Positions 52,560-64,000 of a DNA stretch of 64,000 nt are shown here, piece by piece. The notes under the pieces are model-generated. The model was not told the DNA's origin, searched no databases, and saw nothing but the letters and a program-made list of their open reading frames with translations. A program made the translations under genes and the position numbers. Position 1 is the stretch's first letter. Each line of letters begins with the position of its first letter. Source of the DNA: Mobula hypostoma (lineage: Eukaryota); NCBI RefSeq assembly GCF_963921235.1, contig NC_086097.1, positions 137,828,001 to 137,892,000 of the forward strand, read 5' to 3'.

Positions 52560-52889
52560 AAAACCAGGACTCTCAACACCAGCTTCAAGTACAATTACTA
52601 CCCTTCAACCATCAGGCTCTTGAAGTACAGAGGTTAACTCCACTTATTCTATTTCTGGTGTTCCACAACCAATCATCTCACTTTAAGGACTCTTTACCTT
52701 GTTATTTCATGCTCTCATTATTTATTTCTACTTATTTATATTTGCAATTGCAGTTTGTTTTTCTTTGACCATTTACAGTTACTGTTCTATATATTTGTTA
52801 AGTATGCCTGCAGTAAAAAGAATCTCAGGACTGTATATGGTGTCATATATGTTCTTTGATAATAAATTTTACTTTGACTTTGACTTTGA
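52560..52889 (+). mobile_element. Rex1-type 3' end with (ACTTTG)n tail
   Basis: AATAAATTTTACTTTGACTTTG tail; related tails near 33420-33570 and 58150-58535. Confidence 0.65.
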
Positions 52890-54120
52890 TTAAGGAGATA
52901 GTCTGTAGTTTAAGGAATGCTGAGGTTGCCCTCTTCCCTCCACACTTGTTATCCCTTTCGATTCCTAGCGAGTTATAGCTGTGTTGTGGATAGGTGGGCA
53001 GGCTGTGAAATGCCACTCGCCAGCTGGGTCTGGCTCTTGGAGCCAAGAGGGACTGAACCGGATTCGGAGCTTGTGGGATCGGATTGAAGACCGCAGAAGC
53101 TGCACACTTGCGTTGCCCCGACACTGACTGTGGGGGCTGTGAACGCCTGCGAGGGTGTACTTGTGCGAGAGTGTGGGTGTGGGCTGGGTGCATGCCCACA
53201 CAATGGTGTATGAGAGCGTGAGTGCATGTGTAGCTGTGTGCAAGGAAGAGTGTACGAGATGTGAACGTGTGCAACAGTGTACGAGCATGTGAAGGTGTGC
53301 AAGTGTGTGCAGGAGTGGAAGTCGTTGGGTCAGCAATGACCTCTGCCCTGAATGCTTTATGCTTTTGATGGTCTTCGACTTTTACGGACTCCAAACGATG
53401 TGTGACTAATTGAGGAACTCTGAAAGAGTCAGCACAGGCATGATTGACCAAATGGCCTTCTCTGCATCATGGTGTTCCAAGGTTTGGAATGAAACAGGAA
53501 CCTTCGTTCACTTTGTATTTGCCATCATGTGTTTCTGATTTGCTTGTCTGAGTGGAGAACGTGATTACTGCTTCCCTGACCTTTGCACCCAAGAAGTTCA
53601 GAATCCTGTGGACGAGTTACCCCTGCGAAGGACAAGGCGATGGCTGACAGGAGAGGTGGGAGGGGTGGTCAGTGACAGTTCAAGTTAGGACCTGGGATAC
53701 TGAGTAAGAGGAAGTCCAATAAATAAATAAGTCATAACCTGCAGCTGGCAGTGAAATACTTCCAGTCATTAACCTTATGCAGCTTCAAATGAGCACAAAT
53801 CAGATGCACCAGCCTCCCTTCCCCCTACCATCAAGCTAACTTGATTTTTTTACTCAACTTTCCAGATCAGAAAAGTAATTGTTCTTGGATTAGCAGATAA
53901 ACATCAAGGGATTTGTGTGATATGTTTGCCACAACTTGAAATAAAAAGACGGCTCCTGCTTCAGTTAAAAGAATAATGACTCAGTGGCCTGAAAGACCTT
54001 TTTAATTGTATTTCAAAACGCAGACAGGAGGAAATCTGCAGATGCTGGAAATTCAAGCAACACACACAAAAAATGCTGGTGGAATGCAGCAGGCCAGGCA
54101 GCATCTATAGGAAGAGGTAC

Positions 54121-54156
54121 AGTTGACGTTTCGGGCCGGGACCCTTCGTCAGGTCT
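54121..54156 (-). ncRNA. Minimal hammerhead ribozyme motif (stem I mismatched)
   Basis: AGAC-CUGACGA-AGGGUCCCGGCCC-GAAA-CGUC-AACU. Confidence 0.65.
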
Positions 54157-54898
54157 AATTGAAAGAGGAGATAGTAAGAGATTTGAAAGTGGGAGGGGGA
54201 GGGGGAGGGGGAGATCTGAAATGATAGGAGAAGACAGGAGGGGAAGGGATGGAGCCAAGAGCTGGAAAGTTGATTGGCAAAGAGGAGACCAGTCTGGAGA
54301 AGGGAGAGGATCATGGGACGGGAAGCCTGGGGGGAGAGAGAAGGGGGGAGGGGAGCCCAGAGGGTGGAGAGCAGGCAAGGAGTTAAAGTGAGAGGGACAG
54401 AGGGAGAAAAAAGAGAGAGAGAAAAAAAGGGGGGGAAATATATTAAATAAATAAATAAGGGATGGGATGTGAAGGGGAGGAGGGGCACTTAACGGAAGTT
54501 AGAGAAGTCAATATTCATGCCATCAGTTTGGAGGCTACCCAGACGGAATATAAGGTGTTTTTCCTCCAACCTGAGTGTGGCTTCATCTTGACAGTAGAGG
54601 AGGCCGTGGATAGACATATCAGATTGGGAATGGGACGTGGAATTAAAATGTGTGGCCACTGGGAGATCTTGCTTTATGTCCCTCTCACTATACCTATTGC
54701 CTGCTCTCCACCCTCTGGGCTCCCCTCCCCCCTTCTCTCTCTCCCTAGGCTTCCCATTCCATGATCCTCTCATATCCCTTTTGCCAATCAACTTTCCAGC
54801 TCTTGGCTCCATCCCTCCCCCTCCTGTCTTCTCTTATCATTTCAGATCTCCCCCTCCCCCTCCCACTTTCAAATCTCTTACTAGCTCTTCCTTCAGTT

Positions 54899-54934
54899 AG
54901 TCCTGACGAAGGGTCCTGGCCTGAAACGTCGACT
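54899..54934 (+). ncRNA. Minimal type I hammerhead ribozyme motif
   Basis: AGUC-CUGACGA-AGGGUCCUGGCCU-GAAA-CGUC-GACU: stem I AGUC/GACU, both core boxes, palindromic ACGU stem III, GUC cleavage triplet. Confidence 0.75.
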
Positions 54935-55079
54935 GTACCTCTTCCTAGAGATGCTGCCTGGCCTGCTGCGTTCACCAGCATTTTTTGTGTGTGTTGCTGT
55001 AATTGTATTTCTGAGGGTTATCAGGAAGAGTTGGTGGTATTGAGGTCTGTGGAGGCAGCTCTGTACATCCTATGCTCCA

Positions 55080-55400
55080 TGGTATGTGGGCATTCAACTT
55101 GGGCCAGAGGGCCTAGGGTTTGCCTTGCATATCCCTGCAGCAGTGTGGGAGTGCGCCACAGTGGGCTACCTCTCTGCGGAACCATTAAACCACAGCATTG
55201 CCTGCTCTCTTCAGTCTATAATCCCTTGGTATAATTTAAATAAATCCGGACATCACCCCAGTGACCTGCTGGTTAATATTCATCTCCCAATAATGTCCCT
55301 GAAGGCGACAGCCGCGCGACTGACCACATTGCTGTTTATGGGAGCTCGCTGTGCACAGGTCTGTTGCAATATTTCCTACTTTACAGTGCCTCCTTTATTG
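55080..55400 (+). mobile_element. DeuSINE (SacSINE1-like)
   Basis: GGGAGTGCG..TTAAACC..AATATTCATCTC..CACATTGCTGTTTATGGGAGCTCGCTGTGCAC. Confidence 0.65.
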
Positions 55401-55479
55401 GGTGGGAAGGGTTCTGATGTTGTGGAGGATTTTATTTCGTGAGTGTCATTAAGAATGATACAGTCAACTGCAAGTTTTT

Positions 55480-56090
55480 GACAGGTTCTTATTCAGAGGA
55501 TAAATAAAAGGAGCCAGTTGCTTTGGGGGCAGTGCAGAGAGGGTTCATCGGGTTGATTACTGGATGAAGAGGTTATTTACAAGCAAAGGTTTGAACACCG
55601 GAATCTCATCTGTCCACTTCCCACCGCAGACACTGCCTGACCTGCTGAGTTCCTCCAGAAGTTTGTTTTTTTTTTGGCTCCAGATTACAGCTTCTGCGGT
55701 GTCTGGTGTCTCCAAGGTTTGAACAGGCTGTGACATTTCTCATGGAAGCTTAGAAGAGTGAGAGGTGATCTTATTGAAATATATGATATTCTAATGGGGG
55801 GGAGGGGTGGTTGATAGGGAGGATGCTGAGAGAAAGTTTCTTTAGAGGTGCTGTCTACAACTAGAGTAAAAGGGTCATTTTCTTAAGATGGAGATGAAAA
55901 ATTTCTTATCTTGGGAGGGAAAGTTGGAATTCTCTACATTGAAGAGCTGTGGAAGCAGTGCCATTGAATGTTTTCAAGGCAAAGATGGTGGAATTTGATC
56001 CGTAGGGGAGACAAGGGTTGGGATGGAATCAAACCTCTCAGATTGGCTGTGATCTCAGTGAATAAGAGAGCAGACTCGGGGGTGGAATTA
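55480..56090 (+). mobile_element. Old CR1 3' fragment interrupted by a PLE end (about 55610-55712)
   Basis: VQRGF, RVRGDLIEIY; CR1 3' UTR. Confidence 0.6.
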
Positions 56091-56442
56091 CTCCCATCTT
56101 TTCCCCACCAATTTCCAAACTTTGATTTCGTATGTGCTTGAAAGGAATACAAATTCCCCATGGGGACACAGAAACCATGGCACATTCTGAAAGGTTTCTA
56201 AGTAGTTCCCACATATCCGTGAACAGAAGAAATATTTGTAAAGCAGTCAAGGAAACTCGATGCCTGAAACTGAACATAAACACTGTGAAATTCTTATTCA
56301 GGCAGGCATGTGCCTTGTGTCCCCGTTACTGCACCAACCTTCATTTAGTTAGTGTCCATTAATAATCGTTATTCAGATCCTGTCACACTAATCGAGTAGA
56401 AATGATGAAAGTTCATGAAGCCTTGATTGCAGTGAGCAACCA

Positions 56443-56590
56443 GTGGGGCGCCATGGTGGTGTAGTGGTTAATGCGACGCCATTACAGCTTGGGGTCTCGG
56501 AGTTTGGAGTTCAATTCCGGCGTCCTCTGTAAGAAAGTTTGTATGTTCCTCCGGTACTCTGGTTTCCTCCTACAGTCCGAAAATGTACAG
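56443..56590 (+). mobile_element. V-SINE 5' part
   Basis: TGGTGTAGTGG A box, GAGTTCAATTCC B box, CTCTGGTTTCCTCCTACAGTCC core. Confidence 0.7.
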
Positions 56591-56659
56591 CCTCCTTCAG
56601 CTACCTTACCTCATCCCCTACCTCACCTGGTTCCACCTACCTTCTGCCGGCCTCCTGTC

Positions 56660-57810
56660 TCAGAATCAGGTTTATTATCACCGGCATGTGTTGTGAAAGT
56701 TGTCAACTTAGCGTAATATAGAAGAAGAAAAAAATTAATAATAATAAAAAAGTAAATCAATTTACAGTATTACATATATCAAATAGATTAAAATCATGCA
56801 AAAAGCAGAAATAATGTATATTAAAAAAATGAGGTAGTGTTCACGGGTTCAATGTCCATTTAGGAAACTGATGGCAGAGGGGTAGAAGCTGTTCCTGAAT
56901 CGCTGAGTGTGTGCCTTCAGGCTTCTGTACTTCCTACCTGATGGTAACCGTGAGAAAAGCGCATGCCCTGGGTGCTGGAGGTCTTTAATAATGGACGCTA
57001 CCCTTCTGAGACACCGTTCCCTAAAGATGTTCTGGGTACTTTGTAGGCTAGTACCCAAGATGGAGCTGACTAGATTTACAACCTTCTGCAGCTTCTTTTG
57101 GTCCTGTGCAGTAACCCCTCCATACCAGACAGTGATGCAGCCTGTCAGAATGCTCTCCATGGTACAACTATAGAAGTTTCTGAGTGTATTTGTTGACATG
57201 CCAATCTCTTCAAACTCCTAATAAAGTACAGCCACTGTCTTGCCTTCTTTATGACTATATCAATGTGTTGGGACCAGGTTAGATGCTCAGAGATCTTGAC
57301 ACCCAGGAACTTGAAGCTGCTCACTCTCTCCACTTCTGATCCCTCTATGAGGATTGGTATGTGTTCCTTCGTCTTACCCTTCCTGAAGTCCACAATCAGC
57401 TCTTTTGTCTTACTGATGCTGAGTGCCAGGTTGTTGCTGCAGCACCACTCCACTAGTTGGCACATCTCACTCCTGTATGCCCTCTCGTCACCATCTGAGA
57501 TTCTACCAACAATGGTTGTATTATCAGCAAATTTATAGATGGTATTTGAACTATGCCTAGCCACACATTCATGGGTATAGAGAGAGTAGTACAGTGGGCT
57601 AATCACACACCCCTGAGGTGCACCAGTGTTGATCGTCAGTGAGGAGGATATGTTATCACCAATCCACACAGATTGTGGTCTTCCCATTATGAAGTCGAGG
57701 ATCCAATTGCAGAGAGAGGTACAGAGGCCCAGGTTCTGCATCTTCTCAATCAGGATTGTGGGAGTGATGGTGTTAAATGCTGAGCTATGGTTGATGAACA
57801 GCATCCTGAC
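56660..57810 (-). mobile_element. Rex1/Babar LINE (RT pseudogene), 5'-truncated
   Basis: [57 protein letters not shown]. Confidence 0.92.
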
Positions 57811-58109
57811 ACAGGTGTCACAGCACCCCTCCCTCTCACCTCAGTCTTTACACTCTCTGTCTTGATGCAGGGGTCTCATCCCCTTGCCCTACACAGGAAC
57901 TGCTTGACCCATGAACTTCCCCAGAAGTTTGTATTTTAGCCATAGAGTTAGAGCAATACGGCATAGAAACTGGCCTTTTGGTGCAACCAGTCCACGGCGA
58001 CCATGCTGCCCATCGAATCCTGTCCCACTTACTCCAGATTCCTCCATCTAAATTCGGGCTCATCTACCTGCCGAGGTTTGCTTCCTCCCTCATCCCTGGA
58101 TTTCACTTC

Positions 58110-58690
58110 TCCTCAATCAACATCACTAAATGACAGCTATTTTGACCTCAAGTACAAGGCCTCAAGAAGGTACAGGAGTTCAGAACCCACGCCATCAGGT
58201 TCAGGAACAGCTATTACCCACCCGCCCCCAACCATCGGGCTATTGAACCAGAGGGAATAACTTCACTCAACTTTACTTGCCCCATCACTGAACTGTTCCC
58301 ATAACCTATGGACTCACTTTCAAGGACTCTTCATCTCATGTTCTTGATATTTATTGTTTACTTATTTATTATTATTTTTCCCAATGTATTTGCACAGTTT
58401 GTTGTCTTTTGCACACTGGTTGGGAGCGGTCGTTCATTGATGCTGTTATGGTTATCGGATTTACTGAGTATAGCTGCAAGAAAACTCATCTTAGGGTTGT
58501 ATATGGTGACATATATTTACTTTGAACTTTGAACAGTATCACGTTGCCTATTGTCGATCTTGTTGTGTAGAAATAGGTTGCTGTCTTCCTGCGTTACAAC
58601 GGTGCCTACAAACTTCATTGGCTGAGGAGCACCTTGGGACTAGTTGAAGTGATGAAAGCTGCCATAAAAACACAAGGCCCTCCCTCCTTG
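58110..58690 (+). mobile_element. DeuSINE 3' half split by a Rex1-type fragment (about 58150-58535)
   Basis: CTCAATCAACATCACTAAA on the left; CTTCATTGGCTGAGGAGCACCTTGGGAC..GTGATGAAAG on the right. Confidence 0.6.
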
Positions 58691-60724
58691 CTGAATGCAT
58701 AATGTTGGGCATTGGCAACTGCGAAGCAAGGAATTTCCCAGCGAAATGTTTGCAAATGATCCCAGTGGGACGAAGCTTCAGCACCATTCATTCACTAAAT
58801 AGAGTGGAATACCTATAATGGATTACATAGTATAGCGAGTAAGGCTACTGGGGCTGCAATTCTGGTGGACCCCTGGTAATCAATCAGGAATGCCAAACTT
58901 GCTTTGAATTGAAAGGTTTCCCATTTGGGCTCAGTTTCCAGCCTTTGCACCATCTTGGTTATACGATCTGCTGTTGGCATCAAGCAGAGTCCATGTGGTC
59001 TGACACAATGACATTCTGTAATTAGCATTACAGAGGCACGGAGTTAGCTTGACATTACACAGGCCCCAGTTCATTGTTCCTGCCCCAGTCACCGGAGAGC
59101 TTAGGTACCTCAGGTGGCCACATGTTTCGCATCAGTCCATGTTATTATTGGACAATGCCTATAGGTTTGGTCCATGCTCACAATCCAGAACAGCCCCTAT
59201 GGTTTGGATGGGTGATTAATTATCTGACTAATCATTATACTCACTATAATTAGGCTGCCTGTTTCAGAGCATGTGGAATTACTCACTCAGTGACATCCAG
59301 TGCTCTCTCGCTGAAGTCATTGTGTGAAGAAGTTGGCCATGGGTCAGATATGTGCCTGTTGAACCATTAGGCAGTCACGATTTCCAGTGTGCTAGTGAAA
59401 CTGCCCACAAGGTTACCATCTGCTACAGGCTGATGTCAAAACATTATTTTTCGGTGTGCCCTCTGTAATAAGGCTTGTCCTCAGTAATAAGGCTTGCGGA
59501 TGGAACAGGTCAGTGATGAACCAGTTTCGAGGGACCAAATGGCCTCCAGCAGAATCTTTTTGCCAGGCGTTCCTGTGCACTTGCCAGAAGGAAAGATTTT
59601 CACATCCTCATGCGCTTCACCTACACCGAGGAACACCTCTGGCGTATGGGAGAGATGCTGCAGTTATTACCCTCTCACAGTAATGCGGTGAATGAAAAGC
59701 TGCCTTGTTTTAGTGTTTGCTCTGTAGATAAGTGTTTGTATTTTGATTAAGGAAAACTCAGGGAACTATTTCCTGTCTGCTGGCTCAACACCATTCCTCT
59801 ATCAGCACTGCTTTTGATTATCAAACCAAAAATACGGGAGATACCCCAGCAGGTCAGACAACATCTTAAATTGATTTTTCATGACCCAAGAAAGGAAGGC
59901 TGGTGCTTTAAGTTTCCCTGTAGTATCAAACCTTTATCTGTCAAACTTCCCACCAAAACAAACGTAACGGAACTCCTGATTTACAGAGGAGGTTGTCGGC
60001 TTTGCTCTGGAGAGATTGCCCTCCATGTGACTCTTTATGAGTTTTGATAGCATCCTGGAAAGAGAAACGTGTCTGGTCCCAGCACTCTCAGAAGGTCATT
60101 GAAGGGATTGCTATCTCAACAAAATATAACTCATGGGAGAAATATTGAGGGGTGGAGACCAGCATCAAAGCCTTGATAAGCAGGCATGGAAGAACAGTCA
60201 GTAGTCCCACTCCTTCTGGGAGGGCTGGGTGACATACCAACTCCAAGGTCATTGGAATTCTCCGGCACTGCAGGAATCTGCAAGCTTTTTGCCTGTTAGC
60301 TGAAAATCTGTTTCAAATTCTTGATGAAGAATTATGGCTAAAAGAGCAAGTGGTGGATGATTGAGATTGCTGTGGGGGTTTCTGTGTAGCTTGTCGTGAA
60401 TCAACTGACTAATCAGTTAACCCTTTACGGCTTCCAAAGCTAAAACAATTCATTGAATGCAAGTTGTTATTATATGACTACTTTATAACACCCCTAGCTG
60501 ATCTGCATGGGAGATCATCAAACAATATTTGATGTTAAGTTTCAAAAGGAGATATGAAGTGAAGTGTTCGAAGGCGGGAACAAATGTTCTAAGCATTTTT
60601 AAAGGAAAAGAGAAAAGTTTTCCTCATACACTGAGTAGCTTTAACAGACAGTCAGAATCCTTTGCCCTGACTGATTCCCAGTCCTGAAATTAACGGATTC
60701 ACAGGTGACCTTCAAACTTGTGAA

Positions 60725-61197
60725 AGAAAATGCTGGAACTACTCTATAGGTCAGGCAGCATTGATGCAAACAGAAACAGGATTAACATTTCAGTGGAAGA
60801 CACCTTTTATTTGGGCGTGTGCGCGATGATATCTTTTTCAAGCCTTTACAAGGCGCGGAGCGAGAGAGAGACCGTGTGGAGCGCCTCTCCTCACACAGAC
60901 ATTTCGCAGTATTTTTCCCTTTTATTTTACGAGGTCGAGTTGCGATCTCGACATTCAACCCGGCGTGGATGGAAAGTGTATTCGAGAGCGGCCCTGACTG
61001 GGTTCGAACGTGGGAACCTCTGTTCCAGGGTCCGGCGCTGATGTCATTGCGCCACCAGCCGGCCCCAAAGACATACTTCTAATGACCTAAAATGTTAATT
61101 CAGTTTTACCCACAGCAGATGCTGTCTGACTTACTGAGTATTTCCAACAATTTCCTTCAGTCTTTATTTCAGATTTCCTGCATCTGCAGTTTTTATT
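60725..61197. mobile_element. Head-to-head pair of old PLE terminal repeats, split by a SINE
   Basis: AAATGCTGGAA..AGGTCAGGCAGCAT..TTAACATTTCAG mirrored by AAATGTTAA..AGATGCTGTCTGACTTACTGAGTATTTCC. Confidence 0.6.
60803..61067 (-). mobile_element. tRNA-derived SINE, tail type 3
   Basis: GGGCCGGCTGGTGGCGCAATG A box and GTTCGAACCC B box; AAGACA at 60797-60802 and 61068-61073. Confidence 0.8.
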
Positions 61198-62004
61198 AAG
61201 ATGAGCTTGGAAGGTTTGGGTGCCTGGGGAGAGAGCCCCATATGAGCAGTGCCAGGAAGACAGTAACTTTCTCCCTTCAACTGCTTAGTCTCAAAGTACA
61301 AGTCAAATCACGTTTAATTGTCATTCAAACCATACATAGATACAACTGAATGAGTCAGTGTTCCTTGGGGGCCAAGATGCAAAAACATACGTACCCATTC
61401 AAAAATAGTGAGAAAGAAAACATCCTCATGTAAGAAAGCACATTTTTTAGCCAGAGACCCTGAATGACAAGTTCCATAAATTGATGATTCCGGACAATCC
61501 AGTCTGTCATTCCACCGATCGAACACTAGAGGGCAACACCAATGGAGATGCCACTCCCAACCAAGCACCCCACGCTGGCCTCCGGGGTCTCATTACCTGG
61601 TCTGCAGCAGCAGGCAAGCCTGTGGCTTGGGGCCTGGGGCCTAATCCTCACCACAACCAAGACTCTGCCTATCTCACCACCAAACAAGGGAAACAGCAGA
61701 CAGGGTCTTTCAATCGCAAGAGAAATGTCCAAGACAGTCACTCACAGTTTCACTGCATGCCACCTTCATGCACCAACTTTGGTGCCTTCGGGTAGCAGAC
61801 AACAGCACAGTCTGCACCCAGCTCAGCTCCTTCAAACCCAATGTGGCTCCTCCAATGGCCTGACAAACCTGCACTCTCCTCTGGCGGCCCGACCAGTCTG
61901 TACTCTCCTCTTCTCTGAACTGCCAGTCAGCTACTCTGAAGAATGAGTGGCTCACTGATGCAGTAGGCCTTCTGTACCCATAGTTATTGGAGTCCAGTAT
62001 AATC

Positions 62005-62583
62005 CAGACATCCCACCTCTCCTGGAAGTTCCGGGAGTCTCCTGCTTATGAATAGTGGCTCCCTGATGCCCACAAATTATATACAATATCACAGAAATCA
62101 ATTTTTTTGAGAGCGAGGGAAAGCGGGTGAGAGAGAGAGAGAACGCGAGAGCAAGCAAGTGAGAGTGCGAGAGAGAAAGCAAACGAGAGCGCGTGCGAGC
62201 AACCACGAGAGAGAGAGAGTGAGCACGAGCGCGCGCCATGGCAGAGTGTTCCAAAAAAAAAGAAAATATAAAACGTACGTCACCCCAGACTACACTAAAG
62301 TGTACCCCTGCTTAATAGGGGTCAGAAATAATGACAGTGTTGCTCACTGCACTGTTTGCAACAGTGACTCTTCTATTGCCTATGGTGGGTTAAGACTGTA
62401 AGAGACATGTTGAGGTGAGTTTAACAGGTGTCATTCATTCATTAGCATAGCTAACGTTATTTAAACTAGCTGGCTAGCTGCTAAGGAGCTACTCTATTGC
62501 AGACATCCCACCTCTCCTGGCAGTCTCCCGCAAATTGATGGTGCTACCTCCCTGAAATCCGTTTTTGCAGGGTGGGATGTCTG
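62005..62583 (+). mobile_element. Non-autonomous hAT-like DNA transposon with a BED-finger remnant
   Basis: TIR CAGACATCCCACC / GGTGGGATGTCTG; TSD ATAATC; AHCTVCNSDSSIAYGG. Confidence 0.8.
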
Positions 62584-62959
62584 ATAATCTTATGATCATA
62601 ACATATTTAACAAAGAAAAGAGCACCTTTGGTTGAGTGGCTGCTGTGTGTACATGTACTGCCATGTTACTGGAAGGATTTCAGATAAATTACTCTACCCT
62701 CTGCTAAATCAGTTAAATCAGCAGCTTCATTTACAAATGCAACTTGCAAACCTGACTTTTGGCAAAAACCATAGCCTGAATTATTCCAATAGATTTAATG
62801 AGATAAAGTGGCTTAGAAAGTTCACATCAACAAGTGTTATCAAAATAACTTTGAGACAGGACCTAGAAGGAAATATTTGGAGCGATGACCCCAAAAGAAG
62901 TAAGAGCTGGTGGCTTTAACCAGTAAAGAGAGGTGGTGGTTGTTGGGAAAGTGACTGCA

Positions 62960-64000
62960 GAGCTCAGAGCCCAAACAGCTATGTGGTGCAGAGATCAAAA
63001 CTGGGACGATCAGGAGGCTGGAACTGGAGGAGCCAAGTATTCTTGTAGGACTGTAGAACGTCAGAACAAGAGGGAATTAGGCAGGATCTAGCAGATGTTG
63101 ATTGGGTAAGCTTGTTGGAAGGGCATGAAATGAATAGCAAGGGGAAGGCTTTTAAGGGCTTGATATCAACAGTCCAGGAGCAGCCTGTTGCTGTTAGGGT
63201 GAAGGGTAAACCTGGCAAGTTTAGGGAACTGTGGCTGATGAGAGATATCAGAAACATAGAAAACTTACAGCACGATACAGGCCCTTCGGCCCACAAAGCT
63301 GTGCTGAACATGTCCCTACCTTAGAACTACCTAGGCTTTACCCATAACCCTCTATTTTTCTAAGCTCCATGTATCCATCCAGGAGTCACTTAAAAGACCC
63401 TATCGTTTCCACCTCCACCACCGCCACCAGCAGCCCATTCCATGCACTCACCACTCTCTGCATAAAAAACTTAACTCTGACACCTCCTCTGTATCTGCTT
63501 CCAAGCACCTTAAAACCCTGCCCTCTCGTGCTAGTCATTTCAGCCCTGGGAAAAGCATCTGACTATCCACACGATCAATGCCTCTCACCATCTTGTTCAC
63601 CTCTGTCAGGTCACCTCTCATCCTCCGTTGCTCCAAGGGGAAAAGACCGAGTTCACTCAACCTATTCTCATACAGCATGAGACTCTTCTAAAGAAAGTGA
63701 AGGAAGCATTTATTGGATTTAGATTGTCAAGGATGAGTGAATCCCTTGATGACTATAAGAGGCAAATCAGAAGAGCAAAGAGAATATGTGAGATGGTTCT
63801 GGTAGGTAATGTTAGGGAAACTCCCAAGAGCCTCTATAGCTATGTCAAGAGTAAAAGGTGGCCAGGGAGAGAGTAGATCCTCCTAGGGATCAGCAGGTTT
63901 GTGTAGGTTTTGAACCGCTGTAGATGGGTGGAATTTTTAATGAAATTTTACCACAGTGTTAACAGAGGAGAAAAACATTGTTGCTCATAAGTGGAATTTT
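62960..64000 (+). mobile_element. Old CR1 ORF2 fragment, host of the 63250 insertion
   Basis: DLADVDWVSLL..WLMRDI / QIRRAKR..ETPKSLYSYVKSKR. Confidence 0.65.
63250..63678 (-). mobile_element. Young CR1 3' fragment
   Basis: Reverse complement of the 23760-24181 type sequence; GAAACATAGAAAAC tail. Confidence 0.88.

Larger units (their letters stand above)
54015..54999 (-). mobile_element. Penelope-like retroelement insertion with inverted pLTR arms
   Basis: GIY-YIG C-terminus QDLPVATHFNSTSH..RLEEKHLIFRLGSLQ.DGMNIDF on -; inverted arms 54056-54399 and 54677-54998; 12-bp TSD TAATTGTATTTC. Confidence 0.9.

Noticed and set aside
52843..53451. 202-aa His/Thr-rich minus-strand ORF
   Set aside because: Derived from degenerate (GT)n low-complexity sequence
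59320..60180. Possible Tx1 zinc-knuckle and endonuclease remnants (CEEVGH)
   Set aside because: Too decayed to support by eye
60960..61067. tRNA gene-like A and B boxes (also near 2680, 33700 and 56445)
   Set aside because: SINE heads attached to cores and tails, not full cloverleaf tRNAs

Overview
Eukaryotic, vertebrate DNA. The repeat content (HER1-like CR1 LINEs, Rex1/Babar LINEs, V-SINEs, SacSINE1-like DeuSINEs, hammerhead-bearing Penelope-like elements) points to a cartilaginous fish, probably a ray; this is an inference. The only host coding sequence I can support is the first coding exon of an angiopoietin gene (44630-44929, + strand, ANGPT1/ANGPT4 subfamily, probably ANGPT4). About 44 kb of TE-dense sequence lies upstream and about 19 kb of intron 1 downstream. 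The TEs include a near full-length CR1 (esterase ORF1 and APE-RT ORF2), a chromovirus-type Gypsy remnant with its 3' LTR, several Rex1 copies, four non-autonomous Tc1 derivatives and two hAT-type elements. Most notable observations: (1) a TSD-bounded Penelope-like insertion in the angiopoietin intron with inverted arms, each carrying a minimal hammerhead ribozyme; (2) a tRNA-SINE family with one head/core and three different tails; (3) a patchy gene-conversion-like tract between two CR1 copies; (4) Tc1 derivatives ending in a TIR-only mini-element; (5) a hAT-like element with a 6-bp TSD; (6) locally templated duplications; (7) an intronic stem-loop minisatellite. Family names come from recalled motifs, not database searches. 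Boundaries of old repeats are approximate.
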